DNA of 38,460 nucleotides from Octopus bimaculoides (lineage: Eukaryota), in NCBI RefSeq assembly GCF_001194135.2, contig NC_069007.1, positions 1,475,243 to 1,513,702 on the forward strand, read 5' to 3'. Both the position numbers and the translations under genes were made by a program. Positions 25,485 through 36,405 of this stretch are shown here, in pieces. Position 1 is the stretch's first letter. The number at the start of each line of letters is the position of its first letter. The notes below the pieces were generated by a model. The model made no database searches and was not told the DNA's origin. It saw only the letters and a program-made list of their open reading frames with translations.

Positions 25485-25740
25485 TTGCTTACTTGTGATA
25501 GTCGGATACCGCTTTCACCAGGTTTACTCGAGTAGAATAGACCCAAATAATAATTTTGTTATATCTGGTACTTATTCTATCGGTTCTTTTCGCAGAATAG
25601 CTAAGTTACGGGGACGCAAACAAACTCTCACCTTGTGATAAATGGTGCGGGAGCGAAACAGGCACGAAAGCGCATACATACACATATTCATATACAACGA
25701 GTTTGTGCAACTTTTCCATCCACCAAATTCACTCCCGAGC
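25485..25740 (-). mobile_element. SINE family C, degenerate 3' domain plus internal tract
   Basis: GTACTTATTCTATCGGTTCTTTTCGCAGAATAGCTAAGTTACGGGGACG matches the 18470 copy. TTTCCATCCACCAAATTCACTC matches the body of the 19655 copy. Confidence 0.6.
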
Positions 25741-26122
25741 AATTGAAGAACTTTGACAAGAATGTAAAACAAGCGATAGACTGTTTAAGCAACAAGTTAA
25801 ACAAACAATCGATTACTTAGTTCGATAGATATTTAAGCAACTGACTAATAATAAACCAGTGGAATTGTACTGGAGCCGATGTTGCTAATATGGGCGTAGT
25901 GTCTATCCCATATCACATTAAAATTGTTATTTTCTGCAAGTCATCTTCCTGAACAGAAATTAGTTTGAAGCACGATATTCCTCAACAAGTGATGGGTCGG
26001 TATACAAAAATGTTTTTGCAGAGAAGTGTAATGAAATTTTCACTGAATATATTTTATTTTCGCAGTATACGGCTTAAGTTGCCATCATTTGTCTAACAGT
26101 ATCACTCTTCTTTACTGCTTGC

Positions 26123-26336
26123 TAGTACGCCGGGCGAGAACGCTTACCGGTATTTCGTCTGCCGTTACATTCTGAGTCCAAATTCCGCCGAGTTTGACTT
26201 TGCCTTTCATCCTTTCGGGGTCGATAAATTAAGTACCAGTTACTCACTGGGGTCGATATTATCGACTTAATCCCTTTATATGTCCTTGTTTATCCCCTCT
26301 ATGTTTAGCCCGTCGTGGACAATAAAGAAATAAGAA
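26123..26336 (+). mobile_element. SINE family B, near full length (slightly 5'-truncated)
   Basis: tRNA-like head remnant, central GCCTTTCATCCTTTCGGGGTCGATAAATTAAGTACCAG, and 3' tail TCCCCTCTATGTTTAGCCCGTCGTGGACAATAAAGAAATAAG. Related copies at 8078, 23455 and 28680. Confidence 0.85.
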
Positions 26337-26487
26337 ATCTTAACTACATCCTGATCTTCTGTAATGTGCGGCCAAAATATCTCCCAGATCCACAATTCAT
26401 ACCCGTGCACTGTATGGCGGGTGTTTCTATCGTACTCCGCAAGGGGATAATTTGTGAAGCATATTTATTCGTTAATTACACTATCAG

Positions 26488-26805
26488 TGGCCCTCCGTCG
26501 GTTACGACGACGAGTGTTCCAGTTGATCCGATGAACAGAATAGACTGTTCGAGAAATTAACGTGCAAGTGATTGAGCATATCATAGACACATATCTTTAA
26601 CGTAGTTCACAGGGAGATTCAGCGTGACACAGTGTGACATGGTGGGCCTTTTGTATCACAGGTACAAATCATATTTCCTAGCCTAGAGTTCTGAAGCAAC
26701 CTGAAATAAAGTGCCTTGCTCAAGGACGCGATGCACCCCGGGGAATCAAACTCACTGCATTACAACCGTCAGTATAATACTCTAACCATGACGCCACACA
26801 CCTCC
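26488..26805 (-). mobile_element. SINE related to family A (similar head and tail, different middle)
   Basis: Shares the ~170-bp 3' part (GTCACACTGTGTCACGCTGAAT...GGATCAACTGGAAC...GACGGAG) and a GGAGG..TGGC head with family A. The middle instead carries GTCCTTGAGCAAGGCACTTTA. Confidence 0.75.
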
Positions 26806-27449
26806 ACTAATTACGGTAATTAATAAAATACCCATGACCATACACACCTCAGACCCTTACCACATACAGCCTCACGCTTCATTTAACTTTAACCTCGATT
26901 TTCAGGTGAGAATAATTCTTGAAATATTTCGCTGCTATGTTTAGCTGGGCAAGAGTCTACTTAGAAGCACTTTGTTGACTCGATGAAATATAATAATTAG
27001 TTTCGGTGACATAATGCATATGACAAGTATTTTATTACTTCTATCACATGTACATTTATTTGATAAATGAAATACCATTACACGTTAACATTGTAACTGG
27101 TGGGGTGGAGTGAAAGATCTATTCGATAGGAATTTCCTTTCTATTTTTTTTTCAACTTATATAGATAACGTCAGTTTCATTATTTCTCAAATCCTTTGCC
27201 GAGTTCAAATACATGCACGTATTACACAATCGCGCATAAACATACACACACTTGTTTCTATCAGCACACACACACACGTGCAAATATACTCGCACACAAT
27301 AAGCGAAAGAGATAATATACATGTGTGTATATTATCGCTGTGAGAAGTTAACACACGCTTACATATTCCATATTTAAAATATACTACACATGCTTGAGTA
27401 TACACAGACACATGTACTCACAGGGACATATATATATATACACGTGCTT

Positions 27450-27484
<35 letters not shown>

Positions 27485-27597
27485 CGTGCTTGCAAATACA
27501 TGCACACATATATGCGTGTATTGATATCTACGTATATCATGTGTACGTATATATCTACATACTTATGTACGTATATGTATATAGAACTATGTAGGCA

Positions 27598-27646
<49 letters not shown>

Positions 27647-28422
27647 TACGTAAAGTGTTACCCTATTGTAATGATACTGCTGGAATAGTATTTAAAGCAG
27701 TAGTCAATATTACTATCTACAGAGAATATCAATCTCCGACTACTTCGAACTTTTTAGCCTTTTCATATTTCTGTAATGGGTTTTGAATAAACATCTAACG
27801 ATTATTCCTTTAAAATTTCTAAAATGGTTTAGTGAGATTAAGAGAATCAAAGCGTTTTTGACTTATCTATATTTTATTCTAGCAAAGCATATATATATAA
27901 ACCGAAAATCAACAAAGAACATGAAATCCTTCAGCTGCCCCCATACTTGATTTATCATTTTAATGTTTGAAGTTTTTCGCAACAAACAGATTAAATTTCT
28001 CTCTGCAGAATATTAAAAACTAGATGAAAGCCTAAGTCCGTCTGATGAACAAGAATTAAGAGATAGAAACGTAAAAGTAATAATAAACAGTGAATACCAG
28101 AACATAGGGTGGGATATAAATAACTAATGTATTAGATTCATTGCTTCTCCGATAAAAACAATATAGAGAATTAAACCTGACTTAGAATAAATATCCTGAA
28201 GCAGTGATTATTTGCAGAGACCGACTTAATAACTGTGCTAGATTGACAAACTCCGAAGTAAAACGTCGGAGGTTCATATCATGTTAAAGTCGCTACATTT
28301 TTATTATGTCTTTCGATGAGTTTATTTCGGTAGACGAGAAAAATCTACCAGTGATACAAAAGGGGATGGGAGGGGTAAATGACCATTTTGGATAATGAAA
28401 GAATTGGTGTCTGATTAACTCC

Positions 28423-28679
28423 TTGTGTATTATTAGGTGGAGTCTCACTGACATGCAAAATATGGATGGAAAAATCCGCAAAATCCTCACAAGGTACCGA
28501 ATGCACCATCCGAAATCAGATATAGACAGAATGAATCTCCCCACCAAAAATAGGGGGAAGAGGCCTGATACAGCACGAACAATCCTTCAAATCAGGAATA
28601 AGAGACCTTGAAACGTATCTTAATACACCAAGCTACGTGCTTTTAGGAACTGTACTGAAGCATGAAGATTCCAAGCAAA
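28423..28679 (+). mobile_element. R4/Dong-like LINE fragment (post-RT thumb region), pseudogenised
   Basis: IIRWSLTDMQNMDGKIRKILTRYRMHHPKSDIDRMNLPTKN, frameshift, then GRGLIQHEQSFKSGIRDLETYL...LKHE. Matches the R4-clade HHPK.D.DRLYL.R..GGRGL motif. Confidence 0.8.
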
Positions 28680-28782
28680 CCCCGAAAAAGATTAAAGGCA
28701 AAGTCGACCTCGGCGAAATTTAAACTCATGACGTAGCTAAGCATTTCGCCCAGCGCGTTAACGATTCTGCCAGCTCGCCACC
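28680..28782 (-). mobile_element. SINE family B, 5' portion
   Basis: Reverse complement: GGTGGCGAGCTGGCAGAATCGTTAACGCGCTGGGCGAAATGCTTAG...GTCGACTTTGCCTTTAATCTTTTTCGGG. It truncates the adjacent LINE fragment. Confidence 0.8.
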
Positions 28783-29317
28783 TTAATGATGTTGCTAATA
28801 AGTATAATGATGTCGATGCAATATAATAAATAAAATGCCAATGGTTTTGGTGGCGCCTGACTTCTGGCCTACTACTATATATTTCATTTAAAAAATGTGC
28901 GATATTATTTCCAATTTTGTTTGTACATTGAGCCGCCGTTTAAATATTCAGAAATTTCGTAATTTCGTTCCCAGTCTAAATTCCCCATACAACCGTCAAG
29001 GAAATAAGCAGAGGGATTCATATTTCTCACATGTGCTATAAAGCATGCAGTTTATTTTGAGTATTACATTTGCTCTGTCCTCGTCAAGTGACCATACATA
29101 TCTTTTATAATCTGTATTGTATTTGTACACAACGCTATTTCCAAAACAGAGTTTGTCTTCATTTTGTGGTTCCACAAATATTATCAGATCAGAAGAATTT
29201 TAATTTGGTTACCGTTTGTAGCCTTAGGTACTGCTCTTATCATTTTGATCTATAGGTTCCCAATATGTTTAACCATATTTGTTACTGTACTTTTCTTGCT
29301 CCCTCTCTCTCTCTCTT

Positions 29318-29780
29318 CTAGATTGTTCTAGCTACCGCACGATTCTTCATCAGCAGATAATATCTAGTAAACGTTCTATCACTATTGGCGATTATGTGGC
29401 TTCTGTTTACTGTTTTGTTCAAACCACTTGTTTTCATCTTACGTTTTCTGGCTTTTATGTGGAATATATTCAGTGCACATCTCTCGCTCTTGTATTGCAT
29501 AGAGCTAAAGTTCAAGGTGAGATATTATAACCTCATCAGTATTCCATTGTCTTTACATTTACCTATTCCAATGCCAAGATTTAGATGTTCTTTATTCCTA
29601 GTATGATCCGTGTTTTTATTTTCAAGTACCCATTTGCATTTTTGTCAGTGAATTTGTGTATTTATCGATCTTGTGGATTGTTGACTATGATTTTTAAATC
29701 CTTCTCAATGAACGATGTGTGTTAGTATTTCACGTAGTATTTTAATCAAGTCTTCAATCAGAGTATTTCATCTCTTGATG
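29318..29780 (-). mobile_element. Degenerate R4/Dong-like LINE fragment (post-RT/zinc-knuckle region)
   Basis: Minus-strand pieces LYAIQEREMCTEYIPHKSQK and HIIANS...YYLLMKNRAVARTI resemble the ..AAQEQA..T.Y....I and ET.DHI..GC..LA..EY..RH..VA motifs. Multiple stops and frameshifts. Confidence 0.4.
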
Positions 29781-29870
29781 TCGTTCCTTCTGCGTAAAAT
29801 TCAGGTCTCATACGACGCTAATAGATTTAGATATGCATGCACCCTCATGGAAAGCGAGGTATGATTTGTT

Positions 29871-30068
29871 GGCAGGTGTGGACGTATAGTACGAAGCTTG
29901 CTTTCCAACCATGTGGTTCCGGGTTCAATCCAACTAAGTGACAACTTGGTTAAGTGTCTTCGAGTATGGCCTCGGGCCGACCAAAGGATAGGGATTGGAT
30001 TTGGAGGACGGAAACTGAAAGAAACCCATCGTATACACACACACACACATGTATGTATGTATGTATGT
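29871..30068 (+). mobile_element. SINE family C, 5' half ending in (AC)/(ATGT) tract
   Basis: GAAGCTTGCTTTCCAACCATGTGGTTCCGGGTTCAATCC...CCTCGGGCCGACCAAAG...GACGGAAACTGAAAGAAACCCATCG. Confidence 0.8.
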
Positions 30069-32254
30069 AGAAAGGGTATGAAACGTAGAATTTCAAAGGA
30101 TCCATCTTGGTCTTTATCAAGAAATGATAGTTCAGTGATAGAATTCCTATGCACGCCTAAACAGGACAATATGCTCATAGCTGGACTGTATGGTGTCATA
30201 GCTCTGTGAAATATATGTCATCAAAAGTCTGATTATGGAATGACCTAAGGCTAAACATCACAGAAAATAGATAAATAAACAGCAAAATCAAGCATACGTA
30301 TTCAGTGCCGCATGCATCTTCAGAAAATATTCTCAATCAGAATCTTTTTTTGTCTCATAAATTTGCATTCATAAAATGAATGATCCAACGTGAAGACCTA
30401 ACAAGCTGATTCTGCTTTCTGTCAGACGCAGTGCATCGTCTTTACTACATCTTATTAAATTTATTGAGTCACGATTGAAATGAGGCCCAAGGGAGAAAAA
30501 TAAAACACTGCATGGTCAGAGATGGAACCTCTTTGATCATAAGCGTGTTCGAATTGTGATATGAAGTTAATCAACAAAAATAGATACACATCTTTGGGAA
30601 TGTATCATTCTATGTCCGAACATTTCTAAAAGCCGGCAGATCGCCAGACGAACGGCAATTTCATGATGATACCCATTAAAATAAAGACACTTTAGAGACT
30701 CTGGTTAATATTTCAAATGTTTTAACCTAATATACCTAAGAATAAGTATTTTACAAAACCCAAGAATGCAATAAAATTTATTTGCCTAAGACCAGCACTT
30801 CAACGGCATCAATTTGTGTAACCAAATTTTCGGTTGTTTGCTTACCTTTTTTTTTATTTCTTTAGTTTTAGAACTATTGAAATTAATGGGATTTCTTTCC
30901 ATCAATAATAAACAGAAGAGTGAAAAGTCTACAGTAGTCTATCAGTTGAAGACACATAAAGACGAACAGCTAAGTGTTATAACATTAGTGAGTATGACAA
31001 AGATTTGCAATATAAAAGCTGCAATAGTTTATGAGAGACAGGAGAGAAATTTTGCCAAACATGATTATAGTATTTGAAGTCAAATTGGGAATGAAGAAAT
31101 AATAGCGTAAGAAAGACTACACTGAAGCTAACAGGAGAACAATTTCTTGGCCATTTTAGTTTTTCCTTTTGCGGAGGGAAAGAGAATGGCGGTAAAGCGT
31201 GAAGACAACTATCATCTAATGTGTCAATGGCTTTAGCGTTCTTCCTACAACGTAAGAAATCAAATACATTGGTACATGTCTGAGAATAATAGAGGAAGTG
31301 AGTTGCAATTAGAAAGTGGCTGCTTAAATCCGTGTAAATCAGTGTCAAATGCCTTTCATTTATTTTAGATGTAAAACGATATTCAGGAATTGCAGTGAAA
31401 TTTGCTTATCGAATTTCGTTGGCTCATATAATATGGTTTTATTGAAAAACCCAATAGGCATGATTCAACAAATGATTCTTCGGATAGCTTGTCTCATATA
31501 ATCACTAAGTCTGGTGTTAATAGCAGTACTTAGTAGTGACCGAAGCCTTGACCTGTTCTTCAAGATAGAATTTCTAGAAAAAATACGTGTTGTTTAACTA
31601 AGAGCTTGACTCAGTACACTATGATCAAATGCACTTCGAACATATGATAACAATTCAGAAACTTCACGAAAACCTGAACTATTTTTTCTTTAACTGCAGA
31701 ACATGGGGTAGATCGGATTATAAATAATAGCTTTATCTGCTCCGAGGTCTACAACTACAAAATGCGGCTTTTACTTTCTTTTTTGTCAATGCAAAATACC
31801 AAGTTGTTTGTGGAAGTATTTTTCGTTGCAAGATTCCGCACTATCTCTGGCTTCAGATAAATTCTTTTCTTTTAACCAGACCCTTAAGGACGCAGTTCTT
31901 TTCTCCTTGCTACATCATACACTGCATTTCAGCTTCTGGTTTTCTATTTGAAAAGTGTATGAGTGTTATTTCAAGAATGTATGTGTGTATAAATCAATAG
32001 AGGGGCTAAGGACTTGCCGGGTTTCTCCTAATCGTACAGAAGATGTTAAATATATACTGAGAGTGACACTATAAACTAACGAGTGTCCGGTTGAAGTGCA
32101 GTGCTGAAACTTGCAAAATATTGAATAAAAAGAAACAGCGAGAGTGAGGGCGAGTGCATTGGACCGCACCAAAGATGTGCTGAGTTAATATAAAACTAGA
32201 GTTAAGTAACCAGAATAACATCAGTATTGTATCTTTTGTCTCCTCTTTCGTTTT

Positions 32255-32695
32255 TCACTTCTTTCAATTGGACTGCAGCCATTCTGAGGAACCGGCTTGA
32301 AAGTTCCACACAAACAAATCCACCACACTACGTATATCTGGTAATCATTCTATTTCAATTCATTGTTTGGCTGAACCAATAATTCAGGGAAAATAAACTA
32401 ACCATCATTGTTTGTTGAGAGGTTGTTGGTTCAAACACAAAACAAACACACTCACACACGGGGACACACATGGAGACACGAACACACGGGGACACAAGTG
32501 CACACAGGAACACACACGTGTCTATATTTACATGACGGTATTCTACATATTCTCAACCTACCATAGTCCCCCACAAAACATTGCCCGACGGGGACTAGAA
32601 CAAAATAAAATTGGCCCAAAGTATTGTTGAGCTGAACTCGTAACCATGTGGTTTCCAAGTAATATTCCTCACCACATAACCCATTGCAGCGTCTA
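32255..32695 (-). mobile_element. SINE family C, old full-length copy
   Basis: 3' end TTGGACTGCAGCCATTCTGAGGAACCGGCTTGAA, internal CA-rich tract, and head remnant GAACTCGTAACCATGTGGTTTCCAAG, all in the expected order. Confidence 0.55.
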
Positions 32696-33236
32696 TAATT
32701 ATGATGTAACCGTAGACATATTACATTCTAATAAAAACACTTATTGCTAGAGTTAACCGTCCATTTCTTGTTTATGGCTTATTTTACATGGACTGAGAAG
32801 AGGATAAACAAACCAAAAATAGAAAATATTTTAAAAAACCATCAAAACCAAACTTTTAATGTGTACGTATTTGTCAACTTGAAAAATACTAATTGCTAAT
32901 TACTATAATTAGCAAGACTATAATCTAATTTACAGTTTATAGACCGTCAGTTATTTTAGTTAAGAATTTAATTAGATGAGAAAACAGAGAACGAAAACGG
33001 ATTAGCAAAGCAAGGAAAACAAAATCAACATTTAATTATTTTATCAGTTTCAATAATTAGTCTGGTGCATATTTTTTTTTCTTTTCGTGATAAATATTTC
33101 CCCAAAATGAATGAGATAAACATCGGTGCCTTCATTCAATACTTACCAACTAGAAATGCTATCAGTTTTTCAGTTCAACTCTTGATGATATATNNNNNNN
33201 NNNNNNNNNNNNNNNNNNNNNNNNNNNNNNNNNNNN

Positions 33237-33275
<39 letters not shown>

Positions 33276-33323
33276 CGAAATATAAATATAAACGAATAAT
33301 TATATATATATATATATATAAGG

Positions 33324-33420
33324 ACAACAAGAACCAAGTCAGGACGTGTATCTCAAGGCATTTAGAATATTTAATTACAGGAAGGTGAATTTGAATTAAT
33401 TATTGGATATCTTACAACTA
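33324..33420 (+). repeat. ~100-bp direct repeat, copy 1 (partner at 34185-34289); pseudo-LTR-like
   Basis: ACAACAAGAACCAAGTCAGGACGTGTATCTCA...AAGGTGAATTTGAA aligns to ACAATAAAAACCAAGACAGGACGAGAATCTCA...AAGGTGAATTTGAA, roughly three quarters identical by eye. Confidence 0.75.
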
Positions 33421-33444
33421 ACCCTTTTCCCAACTAACTCGCAT

Positions 33445-33832
33445 AAGACAGACAGCTGCAACTGTCGATCTGGGACAGTATGACTTATGCAAGCCAACTG
33501 CTGACGACTTAACATGGTATATGAATTGAATGTTTGCATTGTATTGCACATTTCTACAAGCCATTACATCGGCTCTTGAAAGGAAGATATTCAGCACATC
33601 TGAACTCATTTAAATATGAGGAGCATAGCAAATCCACGTCCTTAGCCAACCTCATGCACCATCTGACAAGAAAATACCATATAGGATATCCTGGGTCGTA
33701 ATAAATTCTCGAGTCCCATACCAAGGCCAATGCTCCACGTGTGGACTCCGTCTGAAAGAAGCCCTTTGTAATTATTATAAGTTAGCAAACTTGTTAAAGC
33801 GAGAAAATTTTAATCCATATATAGAAGGATAG
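33445..33832 (+). mobile_element. Penelope-like element, GIY-YIG endonuclease fragment (pseudogenised)
   Basis: DSCNCRSGTV*LMQANC*RLNMVYELNV...SHYIGS, frameshift, KGRYSAHLNSFKYEEHSKSTSLANLMHHL, frameshift, RVPYQGQCSTCGLRLKEAL...NLLKRE. This is the Cys-rich linker, VY..YIG motif and C-terminal motifs of PLE endonucleases. Confidence 0.8.
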
Positions 33833-34184
33833 AAATTAAATCTAAAACTAAATAATGGGAGACTTTTATATAAGAAAAAAATATATTAAGACTTTTCATA
33901 AACAAAGTATATAGAAGATTATGGTAAAACTAACTATTCACTTCATTACCGGTGAATAAATATAAGATATCGTAACAAATAGTATACAATAAATGGGGTA
34001 ATTAAATTAGAGATATTCCCAATATATAAGGAAGTATGTTCAGACACAATATTTAAACAAATTTGGACATATAAACACTTAATGAATATACTGCATGATT
34101 AAAAATGCATAACGTTTTTATATAGGTCAGTGTAATTGTGAATTCTTAATTTATTTTATTTTTAAATCAAGCAGTATATTCAGA

Positions 34185-34289
34185 ACAATAAAAACCAAGA
34201 CAGGACGAGAATCTCATGTCGTTTATAACATTTAATTAGAGTAAGGTGAATTTGAAGTAATTAATTAATTTTTGGACGTCTTAAAGCTG
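34185..34289 (+). repeat. ~100-bp direct repeat, copy 2
   Basis: See 33324-33420. Confidence 0.75.
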
Positions 34290-34383
34290 ATTCTGGTATA
34301 TCCTTGCTTTAAATAACGTCGTAGCACAAATCATAAATCATCGTTAATGGAACCCGGATGGTCCTCATCACTATGACAGAAGT

Positions 34384-34763
34384 GTGTTGGCACTCCGTCG
34401 CTTACTAAGACGAGGGTTCCAGTTGATCCGATCAACGGAACAGCCTGCTCGTGAAATTAACGTGAAAGTGACTGAGCACTCCGCAGACACGTGTACCCTT
34501 AACGTAGTTCTCGGGGATAGTCAGCAAGACACAGTGTGACAAGGCTGACCGTTTGAATTACAGGCACAACAGAAACAGGAAGTAAGAGTGAGAGAAAGTT
34601 GTGGTGAAAGAGTACAGCAGGGTTCGCCACCATCCCCTGCCGGAGCCTCGTGGAGCTTTAGGTGTTTTCGCTCACTAAACACTCATAATGCCCGGTCTGG
34701 GAATCGAAACCGTGATCCTATGACCGCGAGTCCGCTGCCCTAACCACTGGGCCATTGCGCCTC
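34384..34763 (-). mobile_element. SINE family A, full length
   Basis: Reverse complement of the 10652 copy at high identity, with box A and box B (GGTTTCGATTCC). 7-bp TSD CAGAAGT at 34377-34383 and 34764-34770. Confidence 0.92.
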
Positions 34764-35015
34764 CAGAAGTTAAAATTAATACGAATAAAAATTAATACAA
34801 ATAAAAGGAATAAAAAATATATAAATATAATATAGGTCGATACCGAATAAAGTAAAGTAAAATAAATAAATGACGTACCATAAAGTAGCCCATGGGTTAA
34901 AAAATCAAGGACAGAAATGATTTAACACCATTTAGAATTAAAGCACAAAGTTCTTCATCTCCCTCGGGCACATTTTACAAGTAAAAAACAGTAGACACCA
35001 ATAAGCAAGCCCGCA

Positions 35016-35045
35016 CCAGTTAGGTATATCCAAGAGTGAACAACA
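35016..35045 (+). repeat. 30-bp direct repeat at the LINE 3' end (partner 37914-37943)
   Basis: CCAGTTAGGTATATCCAAGAGTGAACAACA vs CCAGTTAAGTATATCCAAGAGTGAACAACA: 29/30. Confidence 0.9.
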
Positions 35046-35284
35046 CATTTTTTTATTACCCACAAGGGGCGACATAGAGGGGACGATACAACCTGATTTG
35101 GGGTCAGATAAAAACGGATGAATTAACAAAAACATGCATTTAAAAATTTTATAATGAAATAGAATTATAGTCGGATGATGTGACAGACCGGAAGACATTA
35201 CGGATGGAGTGGTAAGGCGGGTCCAGCACGGACCCCTCGTGCCCCGCCTCGCCACTGATAGCTGAGATGAGCCCTTCGTCTCAT

Positions 35285-36392
35285 TCATGTGGTTACATTT
35301 ACTCGCAACTTTCGTGCTACACTCTTCCATCGACTTCCAAACATTTTCGCAGTCAGGCATTTTCTCTCCAGCTCTATTTTCCTCTTGAGGTGAAAGGTGA
35401 AATAATTCACCAGTGCAGAGCTAGATATGAAAATGCCTCACCTTACACCTTTCACCCTCGTTTTCCAAATAACCTGTCTCGCAACTGCCACCACAGTGAG
35501 AAAACAAATCTTACCTNNNNNNNNNNNNNNNNNNNNNNNNNNNNNNNNNNNNNNNNNNNNNNNNNNNNNNNNNNNNNNNNNNNNNNNNNNNNNNNNNNNN
35601 NNNNNNNNNNNNNNNNNNNNNNNNNNNNNNNNNNNNNNNNNNNNNNNNNNNNNNNNNNNNNNNNNNNNNNNNNNNNNNNNNNNNNNNNNNNNNNNNNNNN
35701 NNNNNNNNNNNNNNNNNNNNNNNNNNNNNCCGAACAGGTAAGGCCCCCCCTCGGTAACACTGCCATGCCAGAGACTTCTGAAAATTATCCAGGGTCTTTG
35801 GCCCGAATGTACGTCGGAATAGACTGGCCAGCTGACTTTCGTCGAGACCAAGGGTTTCCCCTAAGGGGTCATCACATTTCGCCTCTACAAGCCCTCTATA
35901 GAAGAATGCGGTGGAACCCCTGCCGCAGGCATTGCACAAGCGACGGCATAGCAAGAGTGCCTTGCGGCACTCCGTGTACCATGTACCCAACTTCGATCTT
36001 CGATTCAACCAGGTTTCCCCATCCACCGGAACTAGTGAACTTGGGAAACCTCTGTTTCGCCAGCGGAGACCACACCCGTTCACCATCCAGGTAGAGCGAA
36101 AGATGCCTCAAGCTCAGCGCATGTTTGCGCATCAACAGCCAAGGCATGTCAAGTCCACCCTTTAACGGTTGTTGGCAGCAAATAGAGCGTCTCACAAACG
36201 GTTTCCAGCTCTTCCACAAAAAGCAGAAGAGCTGTCTTTCCAGCTTGATTAACCACGAATCGGAGCAAGGAACGACGGTTTAGCAACAACAACATCCAAA
36301 TCGCGCAACCTGATGTTATTGAGGAAGCGACCTTGCTTCCAGCCTGTCATCAGGCTACGCACATTTAAGCAACCTACATGAATAGACTCCAT
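35285..36392 (-). pseudogene. Tx1-type ORF2 remnant: first ~37 aa of AP endonuclease fused out of frame to the post-RT C-terminal region
   Basis: ATG 36392 gives MESIHVGCLNVRSL...LDVVVA (APE N-terminus). Junction near 36280, then TVVPCSDSWLIKLERQLFCFLWKSWKPFVRRSICCQQPLKGGLDMP, DNFQKSLAWQCYRGGALPVR (zf-RVT-like) and LERKCL...F..RW ending at TGA 35285-35287. One frameshift and one internal stop; no RT motifs. Confidence 0.85.
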
Positions 36393-36405
36393 TACCTATC
36401 TCGTA

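Noticed and set aside
241-27688. Dozens of ORFs rich in YI/CV/HT/YVCM repeats
   Set aside because: They are translations of (AT)n, (GT)n and (ACAT)n microsatellites, several running through N gaps; no domain content.
28042-28075. CTGATGA...GAAAC hammerhead-like spacing (similar CTGATGA hits at ~7034, ~11864, ~29531)
   Set aside because: None combines a paired helix II with a correctly placed GAAA and cleavage triplet.
31715-31920. Minus-strand peptides VWLKEK and VVVDLGAD resembling Gypsy gag/protease
   Set aside because: Motifs are imperfect, too close together, and separated by stops.
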